DNA of 64,000 bases from Candidatus Doudnabacteria bacterium. Lineage in GTDB: Bacteria; Patescibacteriota; Doudnabacteria; UBA920; O2-02-FULL-48-8. Within the stretch, counting starts at the first letter, position 1. Every line of letters begins with the position of its first letter. This document shows, piece by piece, positions 8,536 to 19,782 of the stretch. The notes under the pieces were generated by a model that saw nothing but the letters and a program-made list of their open reading frames with translations, was not told where the DNA came from and ran no database searches. The DNA lies in contig JACPKU010000006.1 of the NCBI GenBank assembly GCA_016186915.1, forward strand, positions 173,739 to 237,738. The letters run 5' to 3'. The translations under genes and the position numbers were made by a program.

Positions 8536-9060
8536 TTAGTAGTTTGTAGTGAGTAATGTTAACAGCGCCAGGATGATTAAGATAACTTCTAGTTTAAAGG
8601 TAAATGTTTTAAAGTATTTTATTAAGAACTCCATCCAGTGGGCGAAGAACGGCTTGCTCTCGATTACGATCCTGTTGTCCGTATTAAAACTTAAAGGTTT
8701 TTTGGAAAACGGATAAAGCCAGATCACTCCTTCAGCAGAAAACGTATCCAGAAAAAAATGAGACCAGGTGCCTAAGATAAATGCATACGCGATCAAGCTT
8801 GATTCAGGGAACAGAATAATCCAGCCAAGAAAAACTAGTAAGTATGCAAGCGGTGCGTGAGTTATATACAACCTATGATCCTCATCTGCCCTGGAGGTAA
8901 AGCTTTTGATTCTGATAAAAGTGACAAACCTATCCAGATCCGGTACAAAAGCAAACAGAGCTGTAAGAGCAAAAAACGTGGAGTTAGCTAAGCTAGAGCT
9001 TGATAAGGCTGTCAATCTTGCTACTAGATATCCACCAACCACGTGACCCGGAGGAAGCAT
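8536..9060 (-). CDS. YdjM-like membrane-bound metal-dependent hydrolase (DUF457) inserted between secE and nusG
   Basis: It is a multi-transmembrane protein with conserved His and Asp residues in the contexts PDLD and SHFFLD. Confidence 0.45.
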   Translation of the reverse strand: MLPPGHVVGGYLVARLTALSSSSLANSTFFALTALFAFVPDLDRFVTFIRIKSFTSRADEDHRLYITHAPLAYLLVFLGWIILFPESSLIAYAFILGTWSHFFLDTFSAEGVIWLYPFSKKPLSFNTDNRIVIESKPFFAHWMEFLIKYFKTFTFKLEVILIILALLTLLTTNY

Positions 9061-9065
9061 ATTTA

Positions 9066-9248
9066 TTATACAGACAAAAATTTAAATAATTCATTCAAGC
9101 CAAAATCAACGGCACCCAAAAACAAGGCTACGGCCAAAGAAAGCAGGATCACCGCCACAGTAATACGAATGGTTTCGCGTCTGGTGGGCCACACTACTTT
9201 TCTCAGTTCGCCCCACGCTTCTTTTACGAATTGTATCGGATTTGCCAT
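9066..9248 (-). CDS. secE: Preprotein translocase subunit SecE
   Basis: It is 60 aa and reads KEAWGELRKVVWPTRRETIRITVAVILLSL. Confidence 0.8.
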   Translation of the reverse strand: MANPIQFVKEAWGELRKVVWPTRRETIRITVAVILLSLAVALFLGAVDFGLNELFKFLSV

Positions 9249-9254
9249 AAAAGC

Positions 9255-9285
9255 TCGTTTTTTAAAACCCCTTTCGGGGCTTTGT
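9255..9285 (-). terminator. Intrinsic terminator after gyrB
   Basis: The minus strand reads AAAGCCCCGAAAGGGGUUUUAAAAAA. Confidence 0.5.
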
Positions 9286-9339
9286 ATCCAGCATTATATA
9301 ACGTTTTATTATTTTACGCAAGTTCATGCGCAAACAAGC

Positions 9340-11403
<2,064 letters not shown>

Positions 11404-11439
11404 TCAGTCCGTCCCGGACCCCGATCCGGGATCTAAAAA

Positions 11440-12579
11440 CTACCTAATTTCCGCGTTAAATTGCTTCTTTGTTTCTTCAATCAGCTTGTTTTGCAGAGGC
11501 TCGATTTCTTCGGTTTTGAGCGTCCTCTCAATACTGCGGTAAACCACTCGATAAGTGTAGCTTAATTGGTCCTTGCCGAACTTTTCTTCGTTCTCATACT
11601 TATCCAAAAGCCTGACTTCTTCCACCAAATCGCCGCCAATATCTCGAATTAAATCGAAATATATATTCGGCTCAAAGCCTTTATCCACGATGAAAGAAAT
11701 ATCACGCGTGATCGGAGGAAACTTGCTGACTTCCTGAAACTTTTGCCGAAGTTTCAATTGTTTAACGACGCGCGGATCTTGCGACCAGAGTAACCTGATA
11801 TCTGGGAGATCCATACTGGCAATCGCCAGCCTTTCTAAGCCAAACCCAAACGCCCAGCCATTCCACTTGGAAGAATCCACTCCCAATTTTTCCAAAACCG
11901 TGGCCTTAACCACGCCACTTCCCAAAACTTCGATCCATTTACCTGCTTTTTCTACTTCCAACTCTAGACTAGGATCCGTGTAGGGAAAGGTATCGAGGTT
12001 AAAACGGCATTTTACATTCTCACCGAAAACAGCTTTCGCGATGTCAGTTTCCACTTGTTTTAAATCTTGGGTCCCAATAACTCTTTGCGCTTTGGGCGCC
12101 AGAAACCAGCCGTCAATCTGATGAAACACGTTCATATGATGCCGGTCGATTTCGTCTTTACGGTAAACTTTGCCGAAACAAAACGCGCCGACTGGCCGCC
12201 CCGCGGCCATTCTTTTTTTTACTCCTTCGTTCCGCATATGGTAAAACCACATTACCGTGGTGTGGGTCCGCAAAATGTTAGTTGCGTTGACGTAATACGT
12301 ATCGGATTTTGATCGCACCGGGTGATCTATTGGAAAATCAAAGAGATCAAAGCTGACGTCCGTGGGGACAATTTCCGGCACCTGAATAGTGTCGAAGTCG
12401 TGAAAGTCTGGCAAAGCCAGAAATCGTTGGACCATTTCATAGATCGGGCTGCCTTTAGTCCGCGACAAATCAGGCATATTTAAAAACCGCAGCATGCGTT
12501 TAGCGTCTGCGTCTGTTCTTTTTTCAAGCTGTTTTTTCAATTTTACCTCTTCAGGTGATTCAATAACTATATTACTCAT
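11440..12579 (-). CDS. pheS: Phenylalanine--tRNA ligase alpha-type catalytic subunit with a C-terminal FDX-ACB anticodon-binding domain (mitochondrial FARS2-like architecture)
   Basis: Class II motifs are present (FPYTDPSLELEV, GWAFGFGLERLAIA). The C-terminal roughly 95 aa (FPPITRDISFIV...IGGDLVEEVRLLDKY...YTYRVVYRSIERTL) closely matches the FDX-ACB domain of monomeric mitochondrial PheRS. There is no N-terminal coiled coil. Confidence 0.8.
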   Translation of the reverse strand: MSNIVIESPEEVKLKKQLEKRTDADAKRMLRFLNMPDLSRTKGSPIYEMVQRFLALPDFHDFDTIQVPEIVPTDVSFDLFDFPIDHPVRSKSDTYYVNATNILRTHTTVMWFYHMRNEGVKKRMAAGRPVGAFCFGKVYRKDEIDRHHMNVFHQIDGWFLAPKAQRVIGTQDLKQVETDIAKAVFGENVKCRFNLDTFPYTDPSLELEVEKAGKWIEVLGSGVVKATVLEKLGVDSSKWNGWAFGFGLERLAIASMDLPDIRLLWSQDPRVVKQLKLRQKFQEVSKFPPITRDISFIVDKGFEPNIYFDLIRDIGGDLVEEVRLLDKYENEEKFGKDQLSYTYRVVYRSIERTLKTEEIEPLQNKLIEETKKQFNAEIR

Positions 12580-12979
12580 GGTTTATCATATCCTTTGTGA
12601 ACTCGCTTCCTGGTTGAACGTCATCTTTTAACACTAAAATCTTTGGCTCTCTACTCTGGTCCAGCCCCAATTCAAATCCGGAAACTATCATGCCCCGACT
12701 TTCCACACCCCTGATCGTGGCTGTTTGCAAAATAAAAGGTTCGTGGGCTTCACTATGTACGTTCCTTGGTATACTGGCGCCGGGTAGAGCCAAGACTACT
12801 GTGTCGCCGACATCAAAATTGTAAGCTCCACATACCACAGGATAAATCGTCTCCCTGCCATCTGTCAATTCTACTATTCTTAATCTGTCCGCATTGGGAT
12901 GCTTTTCAATTCTAATTACCTTTGCTGAAATAATATTTGCTTGGTCGAATCCCAATAATTTTTTTAGCCAGTTGATCAT
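12572..12979 (-). CDS. Standalone tRNA-binding domain protein (PheT N-terminal / EMAP-Myf type)
   Basis: The motifs KHPNADRL, VCGAYN and TIRGVESRGMIVS identify the domain. It is 135 aa and overlaps the pheS start by 8 nt. Confidence 0.7.
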   Translation of the reverse strand: MINWLKKLLGFDQANIISAKVIRIEKHPNADRLRIVELTDGRETIYPVVCGAYNFDVGDTVVLALPGASIPRNVHSEAHEPFILQTATIRGVESRGMIVSGFELGLDQSREPKILVLKDDVQPGSEFTKDMINHE

Positions 12980-13734
12980 TTAGTTATGGCCTTAATCAAT
13001 AAAAACCTGGGCAACCTGGTGATATATTCAACCTCTGGATTGCGCTTGAGAAACCCTTCCGGCAATTCCCGTGGTTCCCACATCTGTTCTACAACAAAAC
13101 CAGCATCGCGCAGAGATTGGGAATAATCACTTAAAGTTCTGTGGTAATAAGGTACTTTGATCGGCGTGCGGTCCTCCTGCCTCATGCTGCGGCCGGTTTG
13201 AAAATAATCCCAAGCTAAGCCTTTTGGTTGCCGCAAAAAAATTTTGTCCCGCAATGTTTTATATAATCTCATGGTGGGGTAGTTGAATGCCGGATGCAGT
13301 ACTGCCGCGAAAAAAAAGCCGCTGGGCTTTAATACTCGCCTTGATTCGGCTAAAAACGTGTCGAGTGTTTTTAAACTCATCAAAACCATACTGGCCACGA
13401 TCGAATCAAAAGTGTTGCTGGGAAACTCTAACTTTTCCAATAAATCCGTTTGCTTAAAATCTATTTCAGGATAATTGCCTCTCGCCATCTCAATCATCCG
13501 TCCAGAGCCGTCTAGGCCGAGCACAGAGTGTCCCAGAGATTTAAGCTTTTGAGCGTACGTGCCGTCGCCGCAGCCGGCGACCAAAATTTTCATGCTGTCG
13601 CCGCCGGAAAAAATATCATCAAAGGCTTTGTAGAGCAGCAGCTCTTTAAAGTTCCGATGGTTTTGTCGATCGCGTTCAATCAAACTTGCCCACTCTTCTG
13701 CGCTGTCATCCCAGTACTGAATGTCTTCAGTCAT
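12976..13734 (-). CDS. Class I SAM-dependent methyltransferase
   Basis: Motif I reads ILVAGCGDGTY, and there is a post-I acidic residue (LGLDGS). Confidence 0.7.
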   Translation of the reverse strand: MTEDIQYWDDSAEEWASLIERDRQNHRNFKELLLYKAFDDIFSGGDSMKILVAGCGDGTYAQKLKSLGHSVLGLDGSGRMIEMARGNYPEIDFKQTDLLEKLEFPSNTFDSIVASMVLMSLKTLDTFLAESRRVLKPSGFFFAAVLHPAFNYPTMRLYKTLRDKIFLRQPKGLAWDYFQTGRSMRQEDRTPIKVPYYHRTLSDYSQSLRDAGFVVEQMWEPRELPEGFLKRNPEVEYITRLPRFLLIKAITK

Positions 13735-13741
13735 AATTTAT

Positions 13742-14716
13742 TTATCTCACTTCAATCACCCCGGTTATCTCCGGGCTCAATTCGTCAAAATAATTGTAAG
13801 TGCCGGCAACGTCAAAAGTGAAGCTAAAGGTTTGATCAAGGCCCAAAACCTGCGAGTCAAAGTTTGGCAGTTCGGAGGTCAAATTGTATTTCACTTTATG
13901 CTGATCCGAGTCTTTATTCAGCCAAACTACGGTGTCGCCGCGATTGATAAAGGAAGTCTCTGGCAAGAACTCTTTATTCTCAATAAAAACGGATATGGTC
14001 TTGGTTTGGTTTGAAGAAGACTGGTTGCCGTTGCTGACTCCCAAAGTCGTGATAGTTGGCTCATGCAGGCCAAATGTCGTGGCGTCGGCAGTAATTTGAC
14101 TGATTCTGGTTTCGGTCAACAAAATTCCGGGAGTGAGCGGGTCATAGTTATTTTTTAAAGAATGCCCGTCGTTGTAATCTGCTTGGACTGCTATGGTTCT
14201 GCGGTCAGTGTATTTAAGAACCGGGTCGGTTTTGTATACATTGACTTCATCCCCGTCTGCCAGTCCGTCCTCATCAGTATCCGGGCTGACAGGCGAAGTG
14301 CCTGCTTTAAACTCATCAAGATTGCTGAGTCCGTCGCTTTCCGGATCTGCTTCATCACCGCAAACAACCGGGTCCTGGCAGGCTTCAGTGTTAAAATACT
14401 GCATTAACCAAACCTTGGGCAGCCGGCTTACGACAGTGTCTGGTTGCCGCGACTGATCCCTGTTGGCGTACCAAAGATATCCGAGAGTCCCTACGATAAT
14501 AACCAAAAAAGTAATCAGTGAAACAAAAAAGCCTTTGCTCTTAAAAAAACTGGGACGAGCGGGAGCACCCAGAGAGGCTGTAACCTCGGGCTCTGGTTTA
14601 ACCACCTGTTGCGGGGCTGACTGCTTCTCGCTCAGGTGGGGCATTACTTGGTAACTCACGTCTTCTGGCTTGCGCTCTGGAATTGGCAGATTTTTGTTGT
14701 CTCTGATTGGTTCCAT
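13742..14716 (-). CDS. Membrane-anchored surface protein with Ca-binding TSP3-like DxDxDG repeats and a C-terminal cupredoxin-like domain that lacks copper ligands
   Basis: It has one transmembrane segment (FFVSLITFLVIIVGTLGYLW), the repeats DPESDGLSNLDE and DTDEDGLADGDE, and a C-terminus reading RGDTVVWLNKDSDQHKV...AGTYNYFDEL. Confidence 0.35.
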   Translation of the reverse strand: MEPIRDNKNLPIPERKPEDVSYQVMPHLSEKQSAPQQVVKPEPEVTASLGAPARPSFFKSKGFFVSLITFLVIIVGTLGYLWYANRDQSRQPDTVVSRLPKVWLMQYFNTEACQDPVVCGDEADPESDGLSNLDEFKAGTSPVSPDTDEDGLADGDEVNVYKTDPVLKYTDRRTIAVQADYNDGHSLKNNYDPLTPGILLTETRISQITADATTFGLHEPTITTLGVSNGNQSSSNQTKTISVFIENKEFLPETSFINRGDTVVWLNKDSDQHKVKYNLTSELPNFDSQVLGLDQTFSFTFDVAGTYNYFDELSPEITGVIEVR

Positions 14717-14742
14717 ATGTTATAGATATATGTTAATTTTAA

Positions 14743-15129
14743 CTATTCAATATTTTTTTGCCTGGCGATAAAAAATGACTCCAGAAAGATTAAGGCCAAA
14801 ACAAGGAGAATCGAATTGACCAGACTAAACAAGTCGTGGCTTAGAAGATACAGGGAAGCGGTTAGTAAGATCATAAACCAGACTGCCTGCCTTGCCGACA
14901 CCGCGAAATGTTTGGTTCTAAACTCTCTCTGTCCCCACCGCTGTCGCAAATAAAAGCCGGCGAGGCAGGCCACCATATAGCTCAGAATTGCAAAGTCCGT
15001 GTAAAACAGAAACCTGTTCAGCGCGCTGGACTCGGGATCGAGAATGTAAAGGATCATGATCAGGCTGGCAGCGGATAGCCCTGCAAACAGAAAAATAAAA
15101 AATATGTAAATTTGGATTGATTTTTGCAA
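14743..15129 (-). CDS. Hypothetical four-transmembrane membrane protein
   Basis: Hydrophobicity pattern only. Confidence 0.35.
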   Translation of the reverse strand: MQKSIQIYIFFIFLFAGLSAASLIMILYILDPESSALNRFLFYTDFAILSYMVACLAGFYLRQRWGQREFRTKHFAVSARQAVWFMILLTASLYLLSHDLFSLVNSILLVLALIFLESFFIARQKNIE

Positions 15130-15165
15130 TTTTCCAGCTTTTAAAGCGAAATAATTATATCATAT

Positions 15166-18129
15166 TTATCTCTCTAAGTCACGAAATTTTTGCTTACCCA
15201 GCTTATTCTTATCAAGTTCGGCAAAGGAATCATGCTTGATCGCCTCTACGATCTGCTCGATTACGCTAAGGATCTTGGCTTTGACTTTTTCGATGTCAGA
15301 TTCTGATCCAACAAATGATTCCGTGTCCCGCAAACTTGCCAAATACCAATATTTCAACGAGTCCACCTTTTCTTTAAATTCTTCCTGGGCCGCCCATTGG
15401 TAAATTAGTAATTGAGTCTTGTCATCGCTCGACAGCTTCTCTTTGACCTGTCCGGTCTTGTAGTCAACAATGCTGATGCTGCCGTTGTTGTTCAAATCCG
15501 CGCGGTCGATTTTGCCGGTGAATTTATAATCGCCCAGCTTCAGCTTAAATTTTTTCTCTAAAAATTTTATAGGCTTTGGGTCTTCCTTGTACCGTTCATA
15601 GAAATTATCCAGCATTTTAGCACCAAGCTTGCGATAGTTTTCTTTTTGAATCGAGTCCTCAAACCAATCATCAACCCAGGAATCCTCATAAAGCTTGAAT
15701 AAAACTTTCTTGTCAGGAATAATTATTTTCCCTGGGCTTTTGCCGAATAAATCCGACTGTTCGGTCTGGTTCGCTTGTTGCGTGGCCAGAAGAAACTTTT
15801 CCAAGGTTTTATGAATAGTAATTCCAAAAGACAGTTGCGCTTCGCCGGGCATCGGCAGATGATAAAGATACTTATATTTATATTCCAGCGGAGAGAACAA
15901 AAAAGAGGCGATTTGAGAGTAAGAAAATGTGTCGGGGACTGGAAGGTTAAAGGCTATAGGTTTTAGGTTATCGGTTGCTTTGCTTTTGTCAGAGAAAAAC
16001 ACTTTGCCCACGGGAGCTGGCTTGGCTGGTGTTTGCTCTAATTTTGCCTCAACTAAAAATTGAGACGGCTTTTTTGTGCTCACTCCTCCATAGTCATTCG
16101 CCCAAGTCAGGTACAAATGCCTTTTGGCGCGCGTGATCGCCACATAAAACAGCCGGCGCTCTTCCATTAAATGCGCGTCGCCTTCTGGCAAAATTTCTCT
16201 AATCAGTGTTTCAGGAATTTCAATCGCGTCTCTTCTTTCCCGGGTGGGAAACCTTTGATCCACCATATTCACTAGGAAAACCGTGTCGAACTCCAGCCCT
16301 TTGGCGGAATGAACAGTCATCACCTTGACCGCCTCCGGCCCCAATTCAGGATTGAAACTAAGCATTCCTTGCTCCCCCGCCTCTTGTTCCAAATCAATTT
16401 GGTTCAAAAAGCTTTTGACTGTCTTTGATTTACTTTCGCTTTCAAATTCCAAAGTCTTCTTATATATTTGCTCAAGCAGGTTCCTGTTTTCCTGGTTCGC
16501 CGCAGAATCCTGCTTTAAACTGTCAACCAAGCCCAGGTCAGTCACCACCCTCACAAAAAATTCCGAAACTGGCGCCGCCAGGCTCAAACGAGAATGTTTT
16601 TCGAGCCGAGCTAGCAATTCGGATATCTTTTTTCGGCTTTCCTGGCTGACCGCAACAAGAGCCGGATCTTTAAGGACCTCTATGATATTATGCGCTTTTC
16701 TCTTCGCTGTTTGTGTCACTTGCACCAGGTCATTGTGCTCCAATTGAAACTTCGGCATAGTCAAAACTCGATAAACATCGGCGTTTTCAAAATGATTGTC
16801 GACTATTCGCAAATACGACAAGACATCCAGAATAAACGGCTTGCGATACAGCCCCCGATTGGCCACGTAAATGTAAGGAATATTCAGACGGTTCAACTCT
16901 ACCAAAAACGGCTCGGCGTGGTCATTGGCCCGAACCAGGATGGCAAAATCATTGTAGGTCACGTCCTGTTTTGATTTAAGTTCCTCAATCTTATTCGCCA
17001 CGAGGCTCGCCTCCTCCGGCAAATTTTGGGCGTGCAGAACTTTGATCTCGCCGGCGACGCGTTCTTTATTTGCGACTAACTTCTTACTTATCTTCAATTT
17101 CGATTCCAGGCGCTCTGGGTTATTCAGCTGAATAAAATTATACGCCAGATCAAGAATTTCCTGACTGGAGCGATAATTTTCTGTGAGCGCGACTTCTGCG
17201 GAAGACGGATAATCTTCTTTGAACTTCAAAATGTTAGACACGGAGGCGCCGCGGAATTTATAAATGGATTGGTCATCGTCCCCCACCACTGTGATGTTGT
17301 TTTCCGGTTTTGCCAAAAGCTTCACCAACTCGTATTGGGAAAGATCGGTGTCTTGAAACTCATCGACCAAAATGTATCTGTATTTTTTCTGATAGTGCGT
17401 GAGAATCTTTGGCCGCGTGCGAAAAAGTTTCAGCGCGTAATTAATCAAATCGCCAAAATCCAGATAGCTATTGTCTAAAAGCAACTTTTGGTATTTATAA
17501 TAAGCATTGGCCACTTCGTTAATCCTAGCGGCCTCATTCTCGTCTTCTTCACTGGCCGCTGTTTTCTTCTTTTTTGATTTTGCTTTCTTCTTAATTTCTG
17601 CTGAATCGAATTTTAGCCTCAAATTTTCCGCATATTTCAAATAATCTTCCGGACTGATCTCTTCCCCTTTAGCTTTGTTAAAATGTTTCAACAAAGTATG
17701 GATAAACTTGTTCGGATTGCCGATAGGCTTATAATAATCCAGATCAAACTCGTGAAGGTGTTTTTTCACTAAGATCCAAGCCTCGGTCTCGGTGATCACT
17801 TTGAAATCTCCGGGCAGCCCAATGTCTAAAGGGTGTTGCTGCAAAATGCGTTGCGCGAACGAATGAAAAGTCGAAATATTAATGTCCACATAACCTAAAG
17901 GCGTGAGTAAATCCACCCTTTCTTCCATTTCAGTCGCCGCTTTTTCGGTAAATGTTAAAGCCAAAATTTCATCTGGCTTGGCAAGCTTCTGTTCAAGCAA
18001 GTAAGCAATACGCCTGGTAATTACCGTGGTTTTTCCCGTTCCAGCGCCGGCAATAATTAAAAGCGGCCCATTACCAAAAGTGACGGCTTCTTCTTGCTCT
18101 TTATTTATTCCCTTAAGTATCTGCGCCAT
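15166..18129 (-). CDS. UvrD/PcrA-family helicase fused to a C-terminal RecB/Cas4-type PD-(D/E)xK nuclease (AddA-like)
   Basis: It has a Walker A (AGAGTGKTTV), UvrD motifs, and a C-terminal GKIDRADLNN...IVDYKTG. The start is taken at MAQILKGINKEQ, since the further-upstream part of the track ORF looks non-coding. Confidence 0.75.
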   Translation of the reverse strand: MAQILKGINKEQEEAVTFGNGPLLIIAGAGTGKTTVITRRIAYLLEQKLAKPDEILALTFTEKAATEMEERVDLLTPLGYVDINISTFHSFAQRILQQHPLDIGLPGDFKVITETEAWILVKKHLHEFDLDYYKPIGNPNKFIHTLLKHFNKAKGEEISPEDYLKYAENLRLKFDSAEIKKKAKSKKKKTAASEEDENEAARINEVANAYYKYQKLLLDNSYLDFGDLINYALKLFRTRPKILTHYQKKYRYILVDEFQDTDLSQYELVKLLAKPENNITVVGDDDQSIYKFRGASVSNILKFKEDYPSSAEVALTENYRSSQEILDLAYNFIQLNNPERLESKLKISKKLVANKERVAGEIKVLHAQNLPEEASLVANKIEELKSKQDVTYNDFAILVRANDHAEPFLVELNRLNIPYIYVANRGLYRKPFILDVLSYLRIVDNHFENADVYRVLTMPKFQLEHNDLVQVTQTAKRKAHNIIEVLKDPALVAVSQESRKKISELLARLEKHSRLSLAAPVSEFFVRVVTDLGLVDSLKQDSAANQENRNLLEQIYKKTLEFESESKSKTVKSFLNQIDLEQEAGEQGMLSFNPELGPEAVKVMTVHSAKGLEFDTVFLVNMVDQRFPTRERRDAIEIPETLIREILPEGDAHLMEERRLFYVAITRAKRHLYLTWANDYGGVSTKKPSQFLVEAKLEQTPAKPAPVGKVFFSDKSKATDNLKPIAFNLPVPDTFSYSQIASFLFSPLEYKYKYLYHLPMPGEAQLSFGITIHKTLEKFLLATQQANQTEQSDLFGKSPGKIIIPDKKVLFKLYEDSWVDDWFEDSIQKENYRKLGAKMLDNFYERYKEDPKPIKFLEKKFKLKLGDYKFTGKIDRADLNNNGSISIVDYKTGQVKEKLSSDDKTQLLIYQWAAQEEFKEKVDSLKYWYLASLRDTESFVGSESDIEKVKAKILSVIEQIVEAIKHDSFAELDKNKLGKQKFRDLER

Positions 18130-18420
18130 ACAGGCATTATAGCATTGCGCATGGTCCTGATGAAATATAAATAAAAAAATATAAATAAAATATAAAAAGC
18201 GTACGTTGACCATTTTCAGCGATCGCTTTTTTTACTCAACGACAACGGAAATAAAATAAACAGCCTTTGGGCATAAACTTAATTAAGCGCCAAAAATATT
18301 ATCCCGGTTAAAACTGTGACCATCGTCACAACAAGCAATACCTCGAAAAAGGTATATCCCCGATAAATTTTGTTTTTTGGTTTCTGTTTGTTCACAAACG
18401 TGTGTATAAATATTATATAA

Positions 18421-18455
18421 AAAAAGAGGCGGTGAAGCAAGTGCTTGCCATCGCC
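18421..18455 (-). terminator. Intrinsic terminator closing the GC-rich islet
   Basis: The minus strand reads GGCGAUGGCAAGCACUUGCUUCACCGCCUCUUUUU. Confidence 0.6.
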
Positions 18456-18473
18456 TCGGGTGCTGACACGCAG

Positions 18474-19563
18474 TCAAGGAGCCTTCACGGTTTTAGGTCC
18501 TTGATCGCGCCGGTCGGCGAAAGGACCCGAAGGCCCCTCGTAGCCCACGTTCCAGCCGTTGCCAGACGGATTTGGCACCCTGGTAGGTGCCTCATCCGGA
18601 ACTTGATGCTCCGGACCACGTCGGTACAAGACACCGCCGCGCCCAGTAAGGTGGGCAAAATACACGTCGTCGCTCTCGTCGCTCATGCTTCCTCCAGTAA
18701 GAATTAAGGTGCCTCGCGCAGGTAGGATCAACGCGCATGATCGCTCACTGGCGGTCTGTGCGCGTAATGCAGCAGGAGGGCGAACTGCATCCTCTAAGGC
18801 GCGGCTCGCAGGGCCAGCAACCGTGAGAGGGCGACCGGAAGGTCGACTTTGACAGATCCTTATTCACCACGCGAGACACCCACCCAAACTATACGCCCAA
18901 ACAGCCAGCCGGTCAAAGCACTCCGGTGCGCTGTAGCGAACGCCGAACCTCTCCGTTCTTGACCCAAGCCCCGACGAACTGCGTCCAAATCAGTCGATCG
19001 GTGTTCGAGGTAAGGTCAAAAACCTTTCTCGCGAGATAGATCCTGAAGTCGAGACTGGGCCCTTCTGACTGTCCCAGTTCCATCAGCAGCAAGCCGTAGT
19101 CCTTCGGGTCGCACACGACGAGCACGTCACGCCAGTTTTTGGCTGCAGCCCGGAGCAGACTCGGTCCGCCGATGTCGATTTCCTCCACCAGATCGTCGAA
19201 ACCAATGGCTTCCCTCGCGGACTGCTCGAACTGATAGAGGTTAACCACGACGATGTCGTACGGATGGAGGCCATGTTGCTCGAGCGAGTGCATATCCGAC
19301 GCGTTCGCTCTCCGAGCGAGAATTCCGGCGAACACGGCCGGATGGAGCGTCTTTACACGTCCATCCATCATCTCGGGGAAACCCGTGACGTCGCTGATAT
19401 GCACGACTGGCACGCCGCCGGCTTCGATAACACGCGCCGTGCCGCCGGTAGACACCAGCTCATAGCCACGGCCCAGAAGGGCACGCGCCAACTCCACGAT
19501 TCCGGTCTTGTCCGTCACACTGATCAAAGCACTGGGCATCACTCCTCCTTTGGAAAAAGCCAA
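18474..19563 (-). pseudogene. purH: GC-rich (about 60%) remnant of purH: an intact IMP cyclohydrolase (MGS-like) N-terminal domain, with the AICAR transformylase part mostly deleted or frameshifted
   Basis: ORF 18913-19563 reads ALISVTDKTGIVELA...STGGTAR...GFPEMMDGRVKTLHP...VVVNLYQFE...IDIGGPSLLRAAAKN and then stops after the linker. A downstream frame (18474-18731 and its extension) weakly resembles the PurH C-terminus. The GC content is far above the genome background. Confidence 0.6.
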
Positions 19564-19640
19564 ACCTTGGCGGTCGGGCCTTTGTGTTGTGTCTTCAGTT
19601 TACTGCTTCCGTGATAAATTGACAAGCTTGAAAGATAGTC

Positions 19641-19656
19641 CCGCGTCCTAGGACGC
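19641..19656. repeat. Perfect 16 bp palindrome CGCGTCCTAGGACGCG between the tRNA-Arg gene and the purH remnant
   Basis: It is directly visible in the sequence. It may be a terminator or processing hairpin after the tRNA. Confidence 0.5.
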
Positions 19657-19673
19657 GAAACTATTTGCCTAGT

Positions 19674-19750
19674 TGGCGTCCCCAGAAGGACTCGAACCTT
19701 CGACCTTCTCCTCCGGAGGGAGACGCTCTAATCCACTGAGCTATGGGGAC
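19674..19750 (-). tRNA. tRNA-Arg (anticodon CCG), CCA encoded
   Basis: The reverse complement is GTCCCCATAGCTCAGTGGATTAGAGCGTCTCCCTCCGGAGGAGAAGGTCGAAGGTTCGAGTCCTTCTGGGGACGCCA, which folds as a cloverleaf. Confidence 0.85.
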
Positions 19751-19752
19751 TC

Positions 19753-19782
19753 ATACATTCATACACGACTGTATGAATGTAT
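19753..19782. repeat. Palindromic hairpin repeat, copy 3 (12 bp arms, ATACATTCATAC-ACGACT-GTATGAATGTAT)
   Basis: It overlaps the stop codon of the NYN gene and abuts the tRNA-Arg 5' end. Its loop is inverted relative to copy 1. Confidence 0.7.

Noticed and set aside
18430-18910. A GC-rich, terminator-ended roughly 480 nt minus-strand region was considered as tmRNA, RNase P RNA or SRP RNA.
   Set aside because: No tRNA-like acceptor plus tag reading frame is present. None of P4 (GGAAAGUCCGG / ACAGAACCCGGCUUA) or the SRP domain IV motif is present. The region is better explained as the 3' remnant of the purH pseudogene, since one frame weakly resembles the PurH C-terminus.
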